Positions 34,606 through 43,368 of a stretch of 64,000 nt of DNA are shown here, piece by piece. The notes under the pieces are model-generated. The model did not search any database and had not been told where the DNA came from. It saw nothing but the letters and a program-made list of their open reading frames with translations. A program made the translations under genes and the position numbers. How positions within the stretch are numbered: position 1 is the stretch's first letter; every line of letters begins with the position of its first letter. The stretch lies in the NCBI GenBank assembly GCA_965214705.1, contig OZ243972.1, positions 1,952,001 to 2,016,000 on the forward strand, read 5' to 3'. The stretch comes from Alphaproteobacteria bacterium (GTDB taxonomy: Bacteria; Pseudomonadota; Alphaproteobacteria; UBA828).

Positions 34606-35826
34606 TCACGGCGGTCGGGTATTCGTCGCCCGCATGGCTGCTTGGGGCTGCGGCTCAAGAATGACGGTTTGCCGCAGCGTTGCCTCGCCGCACTGGCGGC
34701 ACACGGTGATGTCGATCCCCGTCAGTCGCAGCATCATCTGCTGCGTCGTTTCCGGCTCCCGCGGTTCAGGGGCAGGCTGGCCGAGCAGGTCTCGGCAGCG
34801 GGCGAGCTTGCGAGCCCGGCAGCGATTGGCGAGCAAGCCGTAGTGGCGCAGGCGGGTGAAGCCGCGCGGGAGGACGTGCAGGAGGAAGCGGCGGATGAAC
34901 TCGTCGACGTCGAGACGCATCACCTTGACCTTGTTGCCGTCAGCGTAGTCGCGCCAACGGAAGCGAACGTGCTCGCCGTCGAAGTCGACGAGGCGATGAT
35001 TGGCGATGGCAGCCTTGTGGGTGTAGCGCCCGAGATAGGCCAGAACGTGCCCGGCGCCGGCGAACGGGGCCTTGGTGTAGACCACCCAGTCGTTCGACCG
35101 CAGCGCGGTCTTCAGACACTCGAACTCGCGGCTGTCGTCACCACCGCCGACGACCTTGAGCCGGAGTTCGCCGTCGCGGTGCGCGGCGCCGAGGAAGTCG
35201 AGATACTTGCCGCGGAAGACCTTCGAGAGCGCGACCGTGGGGAACAGGAAGCCCTTGCGCGCGGGAGTGAGCCAGCGCTCTCTGTCCGGGCTCAGACCGC
35301 CGTCGGTGACGATACAGTGGACATGGATGTGCTGTCCCAGATTCTGCCCCCAAGTGTGCAGCACCATGGTGATGCCGAGCTCGCCGCCGAGCCAGCGGGG
35401 ATTGCGGCCGAACTCGAGCAGGGTCTGGGAGGCGGCCTTGAAGAGCAGCCTGTAGATGAGCGCGGCATTGCCCTGGGCCACGGGGTTGAGCTCGTGGGGC
35501 AGGGTGAACACGACATGCCAGTAGTCGATGTCGAGCAGATCGGCGCACTGACGCTCAACCCACCTGGTCTGCGAGAGGGTCTGGCACTTGGGGCAATGAC
35601 GGTTCCGGCACGAGGCGTACTGGATCGTCACCGCCCCGCAGTGATCGCATTCTGCCTTGAACCCGCCGAGCACAGCGGTGCGGCAGTTCACCAGCGCGTC
35701 GACGACCCTCTGCTGCTGGGCCGAGAGCAGATGTGTCTCGCCATAGGCGTCGCCGCGCTCGCGCAGGATGTCCGCGACCTCCAGCGCCGGCCGTGTGGCT
35801 GGCGCCGCGTGGCCGACATGAGCCAC
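34606..35826 (-). CDS. IS91-family transposase
   Basis: CRTAVLGG, SCRNRHCPKCQ, HVVFTLP, LHTWGQ, HUH HIHVH, YLGRY, C-terminal CRQC. Confidence 0.95.
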   Translation of the reverse strand: MAHVGHAAPATRPALEVADILRERGDAYGETHLLSAQQQRVVDALVNCRTAVLGGFKAECDHCGAVTIQYASCRNRHCPKCQTLSQTRWVERQCADLLDIDYWHVVFTLPHELNPVAQGNAALIYRLLFKAASQTLLEFGRNPRWLGGELGITMVLHTWGQNLGQHIHVHCIVTDGGLSPDRERWLTPARKGFLFPTVALSKVFRGKYLDFLGAAHRDGELRLKVVGGGDDSREFECLKTALRSNDWVVYTKAPFAGAGHVLAYLGRYTHKAAIANHRLVDFDGEHVRFRWRDYADGNKVKVMRLDVDEFIRRFLLHVLPRGFTRLRHYGLLANRCRARKLARCRDLLGQPAPEPREPETTQQMMLRLTGIDITVCRQCGEATLRQTVILEPQPQAAMRATNTRPP

Positions 35827-35829
35827 CGG

Positions 35830-36684
35830 TCAGGCCTGGGCAGGACGCGGAAACTCCAGCAGGTCCAGGGGCGACGGCGTGGCGGACGTCTTGTCGTGAG
35901 CAAGGTGAAGGTAGCGCATGGTCGAGCGGATTGAGGTGTGCCCGAGGCGGCGTTGGATGACATGCAGCTCGACGCCGGCCTCGAGGAGCCCGGTGGCGTA
36001 GCAATGGCGCAGCGTGTGGATCCCGCCGGGCTTGGCGATCCCGGCTTTGTCCTTGGCTCGATCGTAAACGTGTGCTGGCCCATGGCGCGTCATCGGCCGG
36101 CCGGGAATCCGACCGGGGAACAGCCAGTGCTCGGGCCGTACCCGCTGCCAGTACTCGCGCAGCTCGTCGAGCAGCCGGGGCGAGAGCGGGACGTAGCGGT
36201 CCTTGTTGCCCTTGCCCTGATCGACGCGCAGGCACATCCGCTGTGAGTCGATATCGCTGATCTGCAACCGGCCGAGCTCGCTCGCCCGAAGCCCCGCTGC
36301 ATAGGCCGTCATCAGCAAGGCGCGGTGCTTGCGGTTGATGGTGACGCTGAACAGCCGCACCAGTTCGTCTTGGTTGAGCAGTACGGGCAGGGTGGAAGGC
36401 GTCTTGGCGAAGGGCAGATAGAAGTGCGGCTCGGGCAAGCCCAGCGTGATGCGATAGAGGAAGCGGATCCCTTGGCGAGCGCTGTTGCAGCTCTGCCAAG
36501 CCAGCCCCCGCTCTTCGTGAAGAAAGATGAGGTACTCCTGGACTTCCTCCGCTGAGATGTGCTCGGGGCTGCGACCGTAGTGAACCGCGAGCCCGGAGAC
36601 CGAGTTGAGGTAGGACTTCCTGGTGTTCTCGGCGAAGCCGCGAACCGTCATGTCGTTGATCATGCGCTGGCGAAGTGCCGTCAT
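35830..36684 (-). CDS. Tyrosine recombinase associated with the IS91 transposase
   Basis: MTALRQRM, GLRASE, GKGNKDR, HTLRH, LGH, TMRY. Confidence 0.95.
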   Translation of the reverse strand: MTALRQRMINDMTVRGFAENTRKSYLNSVSGLAVHYGRSPEHISAEEVQEYLIFLHEERGLAWQSCNSARQGIRFLYRITLGLPEPHFYLPFAKTPSTLPVLLNQDELVRLFSVTINRKHRALLMTAYAAGLRASELGRLQISDIDSQRMCLRVDQGKGNKDRYVPLSPRLLDELREYWQRVRPEHWLFPGRIPGRPMTRHGPAHVYDRAKDKAGIAKPGGIHTLRHCYATGLLEAGVELHVIQRRLGHTSIRSTMRYLHLAHDKTSATPSPLDLLEFPRPAQA

Positions 36685-36908
36685 GGGGCGTCTCCCTCTG
36701 GGTTTGGTCTGTCACGAAGACACGCCCATGCTCTTGCTCGCCGGCTTGGCGGTCGACGACCATCGATCAACGAGGGAGAAACAGGATTCGACCCTGCGCC
36801 CAGACGCTGGAGCGAACGGCCACACTCAACTTACGCGCGGCAAGGAGATCACTCTGGGCACCCGGCGGCCGAGGCGCCCCGCCGCGGAACGCGGCTCAGT
36901 TCAAGGTT

Positions 36909-36950
36909 AAGGGTTGGGCAGGCTCTCTCTCGAGAGCCTGCCCAACCCTT
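36909..36950. repeat. Perfect 19-bp-stem hairpin, loop TCTC
   Basis: AAGGGTTGGGCAGGCTCTC-tctc-GAGAGCCTGCCCAACCCTT. Confidence 0.95.
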
Positions 36951-37212
36951 TTGAACGAAGCCGCGGGCCACGAGAGGCGAAGTTGAGCTATGTGGAAAGT
37001 GCGCTGATGTCAGCGTCAGGCGGCATCCACCGGCAGCAGAGTTGCGCATAAAATCGACGCTCGCGCCGGTCTTTCGGCAGGCATGCGGGCGCACGCTGCG
37101 AGGACTGAGCGGGGTGTGAGCCGAGGGCTGTCAGCCCGGCTCAAGCGGAGACAGGTTCGGTCGTGCGTCGGCGCTTTGGCGCCGTTGCGCGGGGCCGAAG
37201 CGAGCGGGCGTC

Positions 37213-38454
37213 TCACGGTTTCCCCCTGTGGGTCGGCGGCAGCGCCGGCGGGCCGCGCGTCGAGCGGGGCTCATGGCGGCGGCGGATTTCGCGGACGAGG
37301 CGCATGACGCCGCCGCAGTGGGGGCAGGCCACGGGCGCGGTGCCGATCTCGGGCTCTTCGTCGGGCTCGGCCTGAGCGCCGTCCACGCTTCCCTCGGGGG
37401 CGGCGCAGCCGAGGGCGCCGAGAGCCTGGCGTGCTCTCTCCAGCGTGCTGGCGCGGCAGCCGTTGGCGAGGATGCCGAAGTAGCGAATGCGGTGCATGCC
37501 GTCCGGCAGGACGTGCCTCAGGAAGCGGCGGATGAACTCGTCGGCGCTCACGGTGGCGATGCCGTAGCGCGGCTTTCTCTGCCCCGGCGCCTTGGGCTTT
37601 CGGTGGCGGAAGGAGACCGTCTCGCCGTCGAAGGAGACGATGCGGCTGTCGGAGATGGCGATCCTGTGCGTGTAGTGCGAGAGGTACCGGAAGACCTGCT
37701 CAGGCCCGCGGAAGGGCCGCTTGGCGTAGACCACCCAGTCCCTGGCCCGGGCGGCGGCAAGCGTGGCGTGGAACTCGCCGGGATTGGCGAGGTGGGCGAG
37801 GGTGCCGTGGAACTCCAGGTCCCCCCGGCCGTGGGCGCGGGCGAGCTCCTCGAGGAAGAGGCGGCGGAACAGGCTGCCGAGGACCTTGACGGGGGCGAGG
37901 AAGGTGGTGCTCCCCGTCTTCCACTCGCCACTGTCTACGTCGAAGCCCGCGTTGGGCACGACCACGTGCAGGTGCGGGTGGAAGCGGAGCTTCTGATCCC
38001 AGGTATGGAGGACCGCGGTGCCGCCGATGCGCATGCCGCCGTGGCGGGGATCGGCGGCGATGGTGCGCAGGGTCTCGGCGACGGCCCGGAAGAGGATGTC
38101 GAACACCACCCTGCGGTTGCAGAAGGCAATGGCGGCAACCTCCTTGGGCAGGGTGAAGACCACATGGAAGTAGGGCACCGGCAGGATGTCCCCGGCGCGC
38201 TCCTCGCTCCAGAGGTTGGCGGCGAGACCCTGGCAGGTGGGGCAGTGGCGGTTGCGGCAGGAGTTGAAGAGCGGATGCTCGCGCCCGCAGCCCTCGCAGG
38301 CGTACATGTGGCCGCCGAGCACGGCGGTGCGGCACGCCTCGATGGCGCCCATGACCTTGAGCCGGGCGGCGTCGATGCGCCCTTTGTGGCGCTCACGGAA
38401 AGCGGCGCCGGCGCGGCGGAAGATCTCCGCCACGCCCGCGCGTTCGGCCTCCAC
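37213..38454 (-). CDS. IS91-family transposase
   Basis: CRTAVLGG, SCRNRHCPTCQ, HVVFTLP, HPHLH, YLSHY, CPHC. Confidence 0.95.
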   Translation of the reverse strand: MEAERAGVAEIFRRAGAAFRERHKGRIDAARLKVMGAIEACRTAVLGGHMYACEGCGREHPLFNSCRNRHCPTCQGLAANLWSEERAGDILPVPYFHVVFTLPKEVAAIAFCNRRVVFDILFRAVAETLRTIAADPRHGGMRIGGTAVLHTWDQKLRFHPHLHVVVPNAGFDVDSGEWKTGSTTFLAPVKVLGSLFRRLFLEELARAHGRGDLEFHGTLAHLANPGEFHATLAAARARDWVVYAKRPFRGPEQVFRYLSHYTHRIAISDSRIVSFDGETVSFRHRKPKAPGQRKPRYGIATVSADEFIRRFLRHVLPDGMHRIRYFGILANGCRASTLERARQALGALGCAAPEGSVDGAQAEPDEEPEIGTAPVACPHCGGVMRLVREIRRRHEPRSTRGPPALPPTHRGKP

Positions 38455-38460
38455 GCGCCG

Positions 38461-39339
38461 TCAGTTGCGCAACGCTGCGAAGCCTGAGATCGGGTGGTCG
38501 AGGCCCTCGAACATCTTGCCGGTGACGCGGGCGTAGTGACGGGTCGTGTTCGCGCTTCGATGGCCGAGCATGTCCCGGATCACCTCGATATCGCCGCCGC
38601 GCTCGAGGAGATGGGTCGCCGCCGAATGGCGCAGGCAATGGAAGGTGTAGCTGCGGTCGAGCTCGGCAATGTCGCGCGCCCTCCTGAAGGCGGCCTGCAA
38701 GGTCTCCGTTGCGATGGGCCTGTCGAGCGAGACGCCGTAGAAGAGCCAGCTCGTCGGACGCGGCCAGATGTTCCTGTAGTAGACGCGCAAGTAGTGGATG
38801 ACGATGTCCGGCAACGGTGCCATTCTCTCGGTGCCGCCTTTGCCGGAGGGGATGTGCAGCAGCTTCTTCTCCGACAGGATGTCGCCGACCTTGATGGCCA
38901 AGGTCTCGGAGATGCGGAGCCCGCCGCCATAGCCGGTGACAATGGCAGCACGGTGGCGGAGGTCGGGTGTCGCAAGGATGAGGTGCTCGACCTCCTGCTC
39001 CGACATGTAGCGCGGCAGCTTGCCGGGCTTCTTGCGGGAGCGCAGGCCGGCGACATGGTCAGGCCAGCCGAGTGTGTCGATGTAGAGGAAGTTCAGCGCG
39101 GCGAAGGAGACGTTGGTCGTGCCCGGACTGAGCCCCTTGTCGATCCGCCCCAGGTACCACTGGCGCACCTGCTCGGCGTCGAGCTCGTCCGGCGAGGCGT
39201 CGTAGTACCTGGCCAGGTTCTTGATCTCGCAGATGTAGGCCTTGGACGTGCTCGCGGCCAGATTGGCGATGCGGAGCTGCTCCTCCATGCGCTGGCGAAG
39301 AGGGGTGACGGTGTTCGTGTCGCACGCGGTCCCGGTCAT
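38461..39339 (-). CDS. Tyrosine recombinase associated with the IS91 transposase (start MTGTAC)
   Basis: TPLRQRM, GLRISE, GKGGTER, HCLRH, LGH, TRHY. Confidence 0.93.
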   Translation of the reverse strand: MTGTACDTNTVTPLRQRMEEQLRIANLAASTSKAYICEIKNLARYYDASPDELDAEQVRQWYLGRIDKGLSPGTTNVSFAALNFLYIDTLGWPDHVAGLRSRKKPGKLPRYMSEQEVEHLILATPDLRHRAAIVTGYGGGLRISETLAIKVGDILSEKKLLHIPSGKGGTERMAPLPDIVIHYLRVYYRNIWPRPTSWLFYGVSLDRPIATETLQAAFRRARDIAELDRSYTFHCLRHSAATHLLERGGDIEVIRDMLGHRSANTTRHYARVTGKMFEGLDHPISGFAALRN

Positions 39340-39570
39340 TATCGATCTCCCTGGATCGCGACGGCGCGCCGCCGGACCGATCCGGCGACGGTCCGTCGCA
39401 GGGGTCGATGCTAACCACTGGTGATCGGGAGGCTGCTGGGGATCCGCCACCCGACGGGCGGAGCGCCACTGACGCAACCGGGAAGCGAACGCACAGAACA
39501 AACGGCACCCGCGACGCCTCGGAAATGAATGAACTCTACGCCGCTAACTCCGCGTAGCGGCTTCGTTCAA

Positions 39571-40134
39571 ATCTCCGATGGTCAGCGGCGGCGTCCCGCC
39601 ATCGCCCTCTTGTCGCGCCACGAACCAACTCAGCTGGCTCTCCTGTGGGTAGGTCGGAAACCAGAACGAGTCGGCCAACACGTTTGCCCGCCAATACTGC
39701 AGTTCGAAGCCGTCTGCGCAGGGCTGCAAGTGAAGCCCATCCGCCTTTCGCGCGTAGAACACCGTCTCGGGCAGCGTTCGAAGACGTGCCGAGATGCGCG
39801 CTCGTGCTTTTGGAAACAGCGTGGAGAAGCGCTCGCGGGCCGACGCGATCTTGTCATTGTCCCAGAACCAAACCATGGCCACGCCGCCGGACCACACGGC
39901 GTGATGGCCGGTGTGCTCGAAGGGACTCCAGACCGGAAGCTTGAACTCCAGTGCCGCGCGGCGCCGGCTGCGGGGAACGGCACTGAAGTCCTCGCAGCGA
40001 AACATGCAAAGCCCCCGGCCCACGATCCAGTTGGGCGTGGACGACCGCAAGGGCAGCCGGCGGGCGCCGGCCTGGGTCTGGATCGCGTTCGGTCTACCGA
40101 AGAAGAGGCGTCGCAGCTTCGAGAGGAGGATCAC
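39571..40134 (-). pseudogene. GspL-like T2SS gene, 3'-truncated by element 2
   Basis: Follows gspK. The frame runs into the element end and stops 8 codons later; no C-terminal TM. Confidence 0.6.
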
Positions 40135-41134
40135 TGGGAATGCCTGAATCTTCGCGCTGGGGAGCAGGTTCCGAATACCGGTAATCTTTTCGCCACGGGG
40201 CTATGTCGCCGAACGGCGTCAATTCGATGCCGACAACCGAGCGCGGGCCCACGGTCTCATGCCAGACCGCCAACTTCATGAAATTCGACGGTAACACGGC
40301 CACTTCCATTTCGTCGATGTCCAGATGTTTCCCGCTCAGCATCGCAAGCTGGGTCCGCCGAGACAGCGGCCCCTTTTTCCGTTCCTCCAGAACGCCGCGA
40401 ACGCCGTACGCGTCAAGCTCAAGTACAGCCGCCAGGATCTCGGGATGCATCGTGTTGAAATTGTAGTTGGACACGGGACGCATCGTGAGCAACGGCCGCA
40501 GCTGCGGCCAGCTTTGAGGAGGAATCAAATCCTCGACACCAAGAACCTCACCCAGCTCCATTGGGCTCGACATGATCCAATTGAGCGGTGGCGCTTTGCC
40601 TTGGCGCCGGTAATCGTGATGTTCCGCGCCACCCACATTGATGGCGTCGTCGGTGTCGATGTAGTCGTCGATCCGGGCGATGACCTGGCGTGTATCCTCT
40701 TCGGCAAGCCCGATGCGTTCCAGAAAGGCCGCGAATGGTGGAAAGCGTGGCGCGTTGACCGAAATCAGTCCGCCCTCGTCCTGGATGGAGAAGCGGGTTT
40801 CTCCAAGGCCGGCATAGGCGGCGCCGGTGACCTGCAACTCTCCTCGAACGTTGAAAGGAGACGGCGTCTGGTTGCGCCTCGGATCGAAGAACTGCTGCTC
40901 CTCTTCCAGGATCAGAGCGTGATGGTTCATGCGTCCGGTGGCGAGAAGGTAGATCAACGTCGACTCCGTACTGCGCCGTTCGAGTTCGGCCTGGAAGGCA
41001 CGCTTTTCTTCGATGGCGTGGTCGACGTCGGTCGCCACCACATGGTTGATATAGGTGGCGAGCAGCCCGAGCGCTGCCAGCGCCCATAGCGTGACGACCA
41101 GCACGAAACCGTTCGCGTTTGCGCGACCGACCAT
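40094..41134 (-). CDS. gspK: T2SS minor pseudopilin GspK
   Basis: GFVLVVTLW leader, FSIQDEGGLISVN, DYIDTDD, NFNTM. Confidence 0.9.
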   Translation of the reverse strand: MVGRANANGFVLVVTLWALAALGLLATYINHVVATDVDHAIEEKRAFQAELERRSTESTLIYLLATGRMNHHALILEEEQQFFDPRRNQTPSPFNVRGELQVTGAAYAGLGETRFSIQDEGGLISVNAPRFPPFAAFLERIGLAEEDTRQVIARIDDYIDTDDAINVGGAEHHDYRRQGKAPPLNWIMSSPMELGEVLGVEDLIPPQSWPQLRPLLTMRPVSNYNFNTMHPEILAAVLELDAYGVRGVLEERKKGPLSRRTQLAMLSGKHLDIDEMEVAVLPSNFMKLAVWHETVGPRSVVGIELTPFGDIAPWRKDYRYSEPAPQREDSGIPSDPPLEAATPLLR

Positions 41135-41721
41135 CAGAATTCCTCCCGGTAGTTGGGGACCGGCTCGGGGTAGAGGTCGAAGTGCGCGAGCCAGAGGGTC
41201 CGGCCGTCGGCCGACAACAGGCGGACCATGCGCGGGATGTGCTCCCGGCTCCCCTCTATCGGCCACCGCTCGAGCCACTGCCTCGATGAATCGGCATACT
41301 GAAAGCTGAGCCCGCTGCCTTGCTCGCCGAGAATGGTCCAGGGCTCCGCGCCGTATTCGCTATAGAGGACGCGGCCGCCCTCGATGGACCAGCGAACGTG
41401 CAGCGGCCGGCCGGCCGCGGCGGCCAGCGGCTGCAGAGTGACGCCCTCGAAGAACGTGCCGTCGCCGACGAAGCGTCTCGCTTCCTGTCGGGATGGCAGG
41501 ATGGCCTCGACGGTCGAGGCGAACCAATGATCTCGGAGATCGGCATGGGCCGCCTCGCGGTGAACGCGCTTCACCGTTGCGAACTGGCCGAGGAAGAAAC
41601 CCGTACCTTGGATCACGAGAGTGCCCAGGAGCGAGACCAGAACCAGGACGACGAGCATTTCCACCATGGTCAGCCCCCGGGGCGCAGCCTGGGTTGTCCT
41701 CCTTCGGCGGCGACGCGTCAC
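41134..41721 (-). CDS. gspJ: T2SS pseudopilin GspJ-like
   Basis: Prepilin site GLTMVEML; position in cluster. Confidence 0.75.
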   Translation of the reverse strand: MTRRRRRRTTQAAPRGLTMVEMLVVLVLVSLLGTLVIQGTGFFLGQFATVKRVHREAAHADLRDHWFASTVEAILPSRQEARRFVGDGTFFEGVTLQPLAAAAGRPLHVRWSIEGGRVLYSEYGAEPWTILGEQGSGLSFQYADSSRQWLERWPIEGSREHIPRMVRLLSADGRTLWLAHFDLYPEPVPNYREEF

Positions 41722-42152
41722 GGCACCGGCTCCCGCACTTTCCTGTAACCGGGGACCCGCAATCGCCAGGTGCCCAGCGACCGTCCGTCTTCACGCGGCT
41801 CGAACAAGATCTCGTAGAGGCCAACCTCGAAGTACCCGCGCTCTGCGGTCACGGTCTGGCTCTGGCGCACCGGCTCCAGCAGCGTCGCGGACCAGACGAT
41901 GTCGATCCCATCCACGCTTATCTGCCCCGCGCGCTCCTCATGCGGATTGATGCCGGCGAGGTATTCGACCGCATGATGGGCCGCCGACATCTGTCGCGAC
42001 GCGTCGTGAGCGCGTCCCAGCGCGATCAGGTTGGTGTTGAAGAGGCCGTAGAGCGCCGTTGCGGCGCCGGCGAAGATCACCATCGCAACCATGGTCTCCA
42101 GGATCGAGAAGCCTGCAGACAGTGACCCTGCCGAGGAAGGCTGGCTAGGCAT
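41718..42152 (-). CDS. gspI: T2SS pseudopilin GspI-like
   Basis: Prepilin site GFSILETM; start uncertain. Confidence 0.75.
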   Translation of the reverse strand: MPSQPSSAGSLSAGFSILETMVAMVIFAGAATALYGLFNTNLIALGRAHDASRQMSAAHHAVEYLAGINPHEERAGQISVDGIDIVWSATLLEPVRQSQTVTAERGYFEVGLYEILFEPREDGRSLGTWRLRVPGYRKVREPVP

Positions 42153-42669
42153 GCGCCGCGACGTGGCAGTAGGGCGCTTCGAGAGCGAGACGCGCTTCGA
42201 TCCTGCCTTCGTGAAGCAGGGTGACCTCGGCCCCGAAGCAGACACCGTTCGCACCGATCACGAGGGGCCGGTCAAGGTCGATGGTCCAACCCTCCGGCAG
42301 GTCGATGACATAGGGCTTGGTATCCGCGTGGAACGGCGGGGCGGCGCGCGCTGCCGATGAGGCTGCGGCCGCCTCCGGCCCATCGGGTGCGGGGGGAGAG
42401 ACCACATAGGCCTGACCGTGACGTAGGGCTATTCGGCCGAGGCTCGCGAACTGGTCCAGGATGTATTCGCGGTCCGTCTTGCCTGCGATGCTTGCGTAAA
42501 GGCGCTCCGTATTGGGCGCCACCAGCGCGGTGATCATCGCCACGAGAAACAGGACGAACAGCATCTCTATCAACGTGAAGCCGCCCGCTGCACGAGTGCG
42601 GCTCGATCGGCCGGAGCGGTGGCGGTCGTGCGCAGTCTCCGCCGCATCACCACCGTCATGCCCGAACAT
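42145..42669 (-). CDS. gspH: T2SS pseudopilin GspH-like (start uncertain)
   Basis: Prepilin site GFTLIEML; follows gspG. Confidence 0.72.
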   Translation of the reverse strand: MFGHDGGDAAETAHDRHRSGRSSRTRAAGGFTLIEMLFVLFLVAMITALVAPNTERLYASIAGKTDREYILDQFASLGRIALRHGQAYVVSPPAPDGPEAAAASSAARAAPPFHADTKPYVIDLPEGWTIDLDRPLVIGANGVCFGAEVTLLHEGRIEARLALEAPYCHVAAHA

Positions 42670-42762
42670 GCCCGGACCCGTTCCGGGTATCCGGGCATCC
42701 ACGTTCTTTGTACCGACCGCAAAAATAACCCGCGGGTGGCCGGGACAAGTCCGGTCATGACG
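42654..42762. repeat. CGTC-tagged REP-like palindromic doublet
   Basis: CGTCATGCCCG...CCGGGCATCCACG and GGGTGGCCGGGACAAGTCCGGTCATGACG in inverted arrangement, as in alphaproteobacterial CGTC repeats. Confidence 0.75.
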
Positions 42763-42806
42763 TGTGGAGTGCGGCGCAAACGGATAGAAACGTCTCGAAC
42801 GGGTCA

Positions 42807-43349
42807 CTAGCGCGACTGCGGCTCTGTCGGAAGGTAGCCGACATCGGCATCGGTGCCGTCTCCACCATCCTGCGAGTCGGCGCCGAGCGAATAGAGAGCG
42901 AAGCCCTGAAGGTTGTCTGCCGGATAAAGGTATCGATAGGGCGCGTTCCACGGGTCTTCCGGCACCTCGCCGTCGAGATAGGGTCCGCTCCAGAAGTCTG
43001 TGGCCTCCGGCGGGGGGCGGACCAGGGCGGCGAGCCCTTCCGCAGTGGTGGGATATCTGCCCACGTCCAGGCGAAACGCCTGCAGGGCGCCACGCAGCAT
43101 TTTGACTTGAGTCTCGGCCGTCTTCACCTTCGACGTGTCGATCCTGCCGAAGAGTTGTGGTCCGACCAGCCCCGCCAGCAGGCCGAGTATGACGAGAACC
43201 ACCATGAGCTCGATGAGGGTGAATCCTGCATTGGGGGAACCTGCGACCGCCGCCTTGGATGCCCGGCGTCCCTTGCCCGGGCGCGGCCGGCGCGGCGTTG
43301 CTTTCCGGGTCCCCCGCTTGCGCGTTGACTGCGGTTCTGTGCCGGGCAT
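42807..43349 (-). CDS. gspG: T2SS major pseudopilin GspG
   Basis: GFTLIELMVVLVILGLLA, FRLDVGRYPTTAEGL, WSGPYL, DPWNAPY, SLGAD. Confidence 0.96.
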   Translation of the reverse strand: MPGTEPQSTRKRGTRKATPRRPRPGKGRRASKAAVAGSPNAGFTLIELMVVLVILGLLAGLVGPQLFGRIDTSKVKTAETQVKMLRGALQAFRLDVGRYPTTAEGLAALVRPPPEATDFWSGPYLDGEVPEDPWNAPYRYLYPADNLQGFALYSLGADSQDGGDGTDADVGYLPTEPQSR

Positions 43350-43368
43350 CGCGGATCTCTCCGTCCGG

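Larger units (their letters stand above)
34275..36905 (-). mobile_element. IS91-like element 1 (tyrosine recombinase + HUH Y2 transposase)
   Basis: Inverted motifs TTGAGCTGAGCCGC (34340-34353) and GCGGCTCAGTTCAA (36891-36904); 13-bp-stem hairpin at 34302-34338. Confidence 0.8.
36906..39570 (-). mobile_element. IS91-like element 2 (tyrosine recombinase + HUH Y2 transposase)
   Basis: Perfect 14-bp inverted motifs TTGAACGAAGCCGC (36951-36964) and GCGGCTTCGTTCAA (39557-39570). The downstream end abuts CTTG (minus strand), an IS91 target tetranucleotide. Confidence 0.85.
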
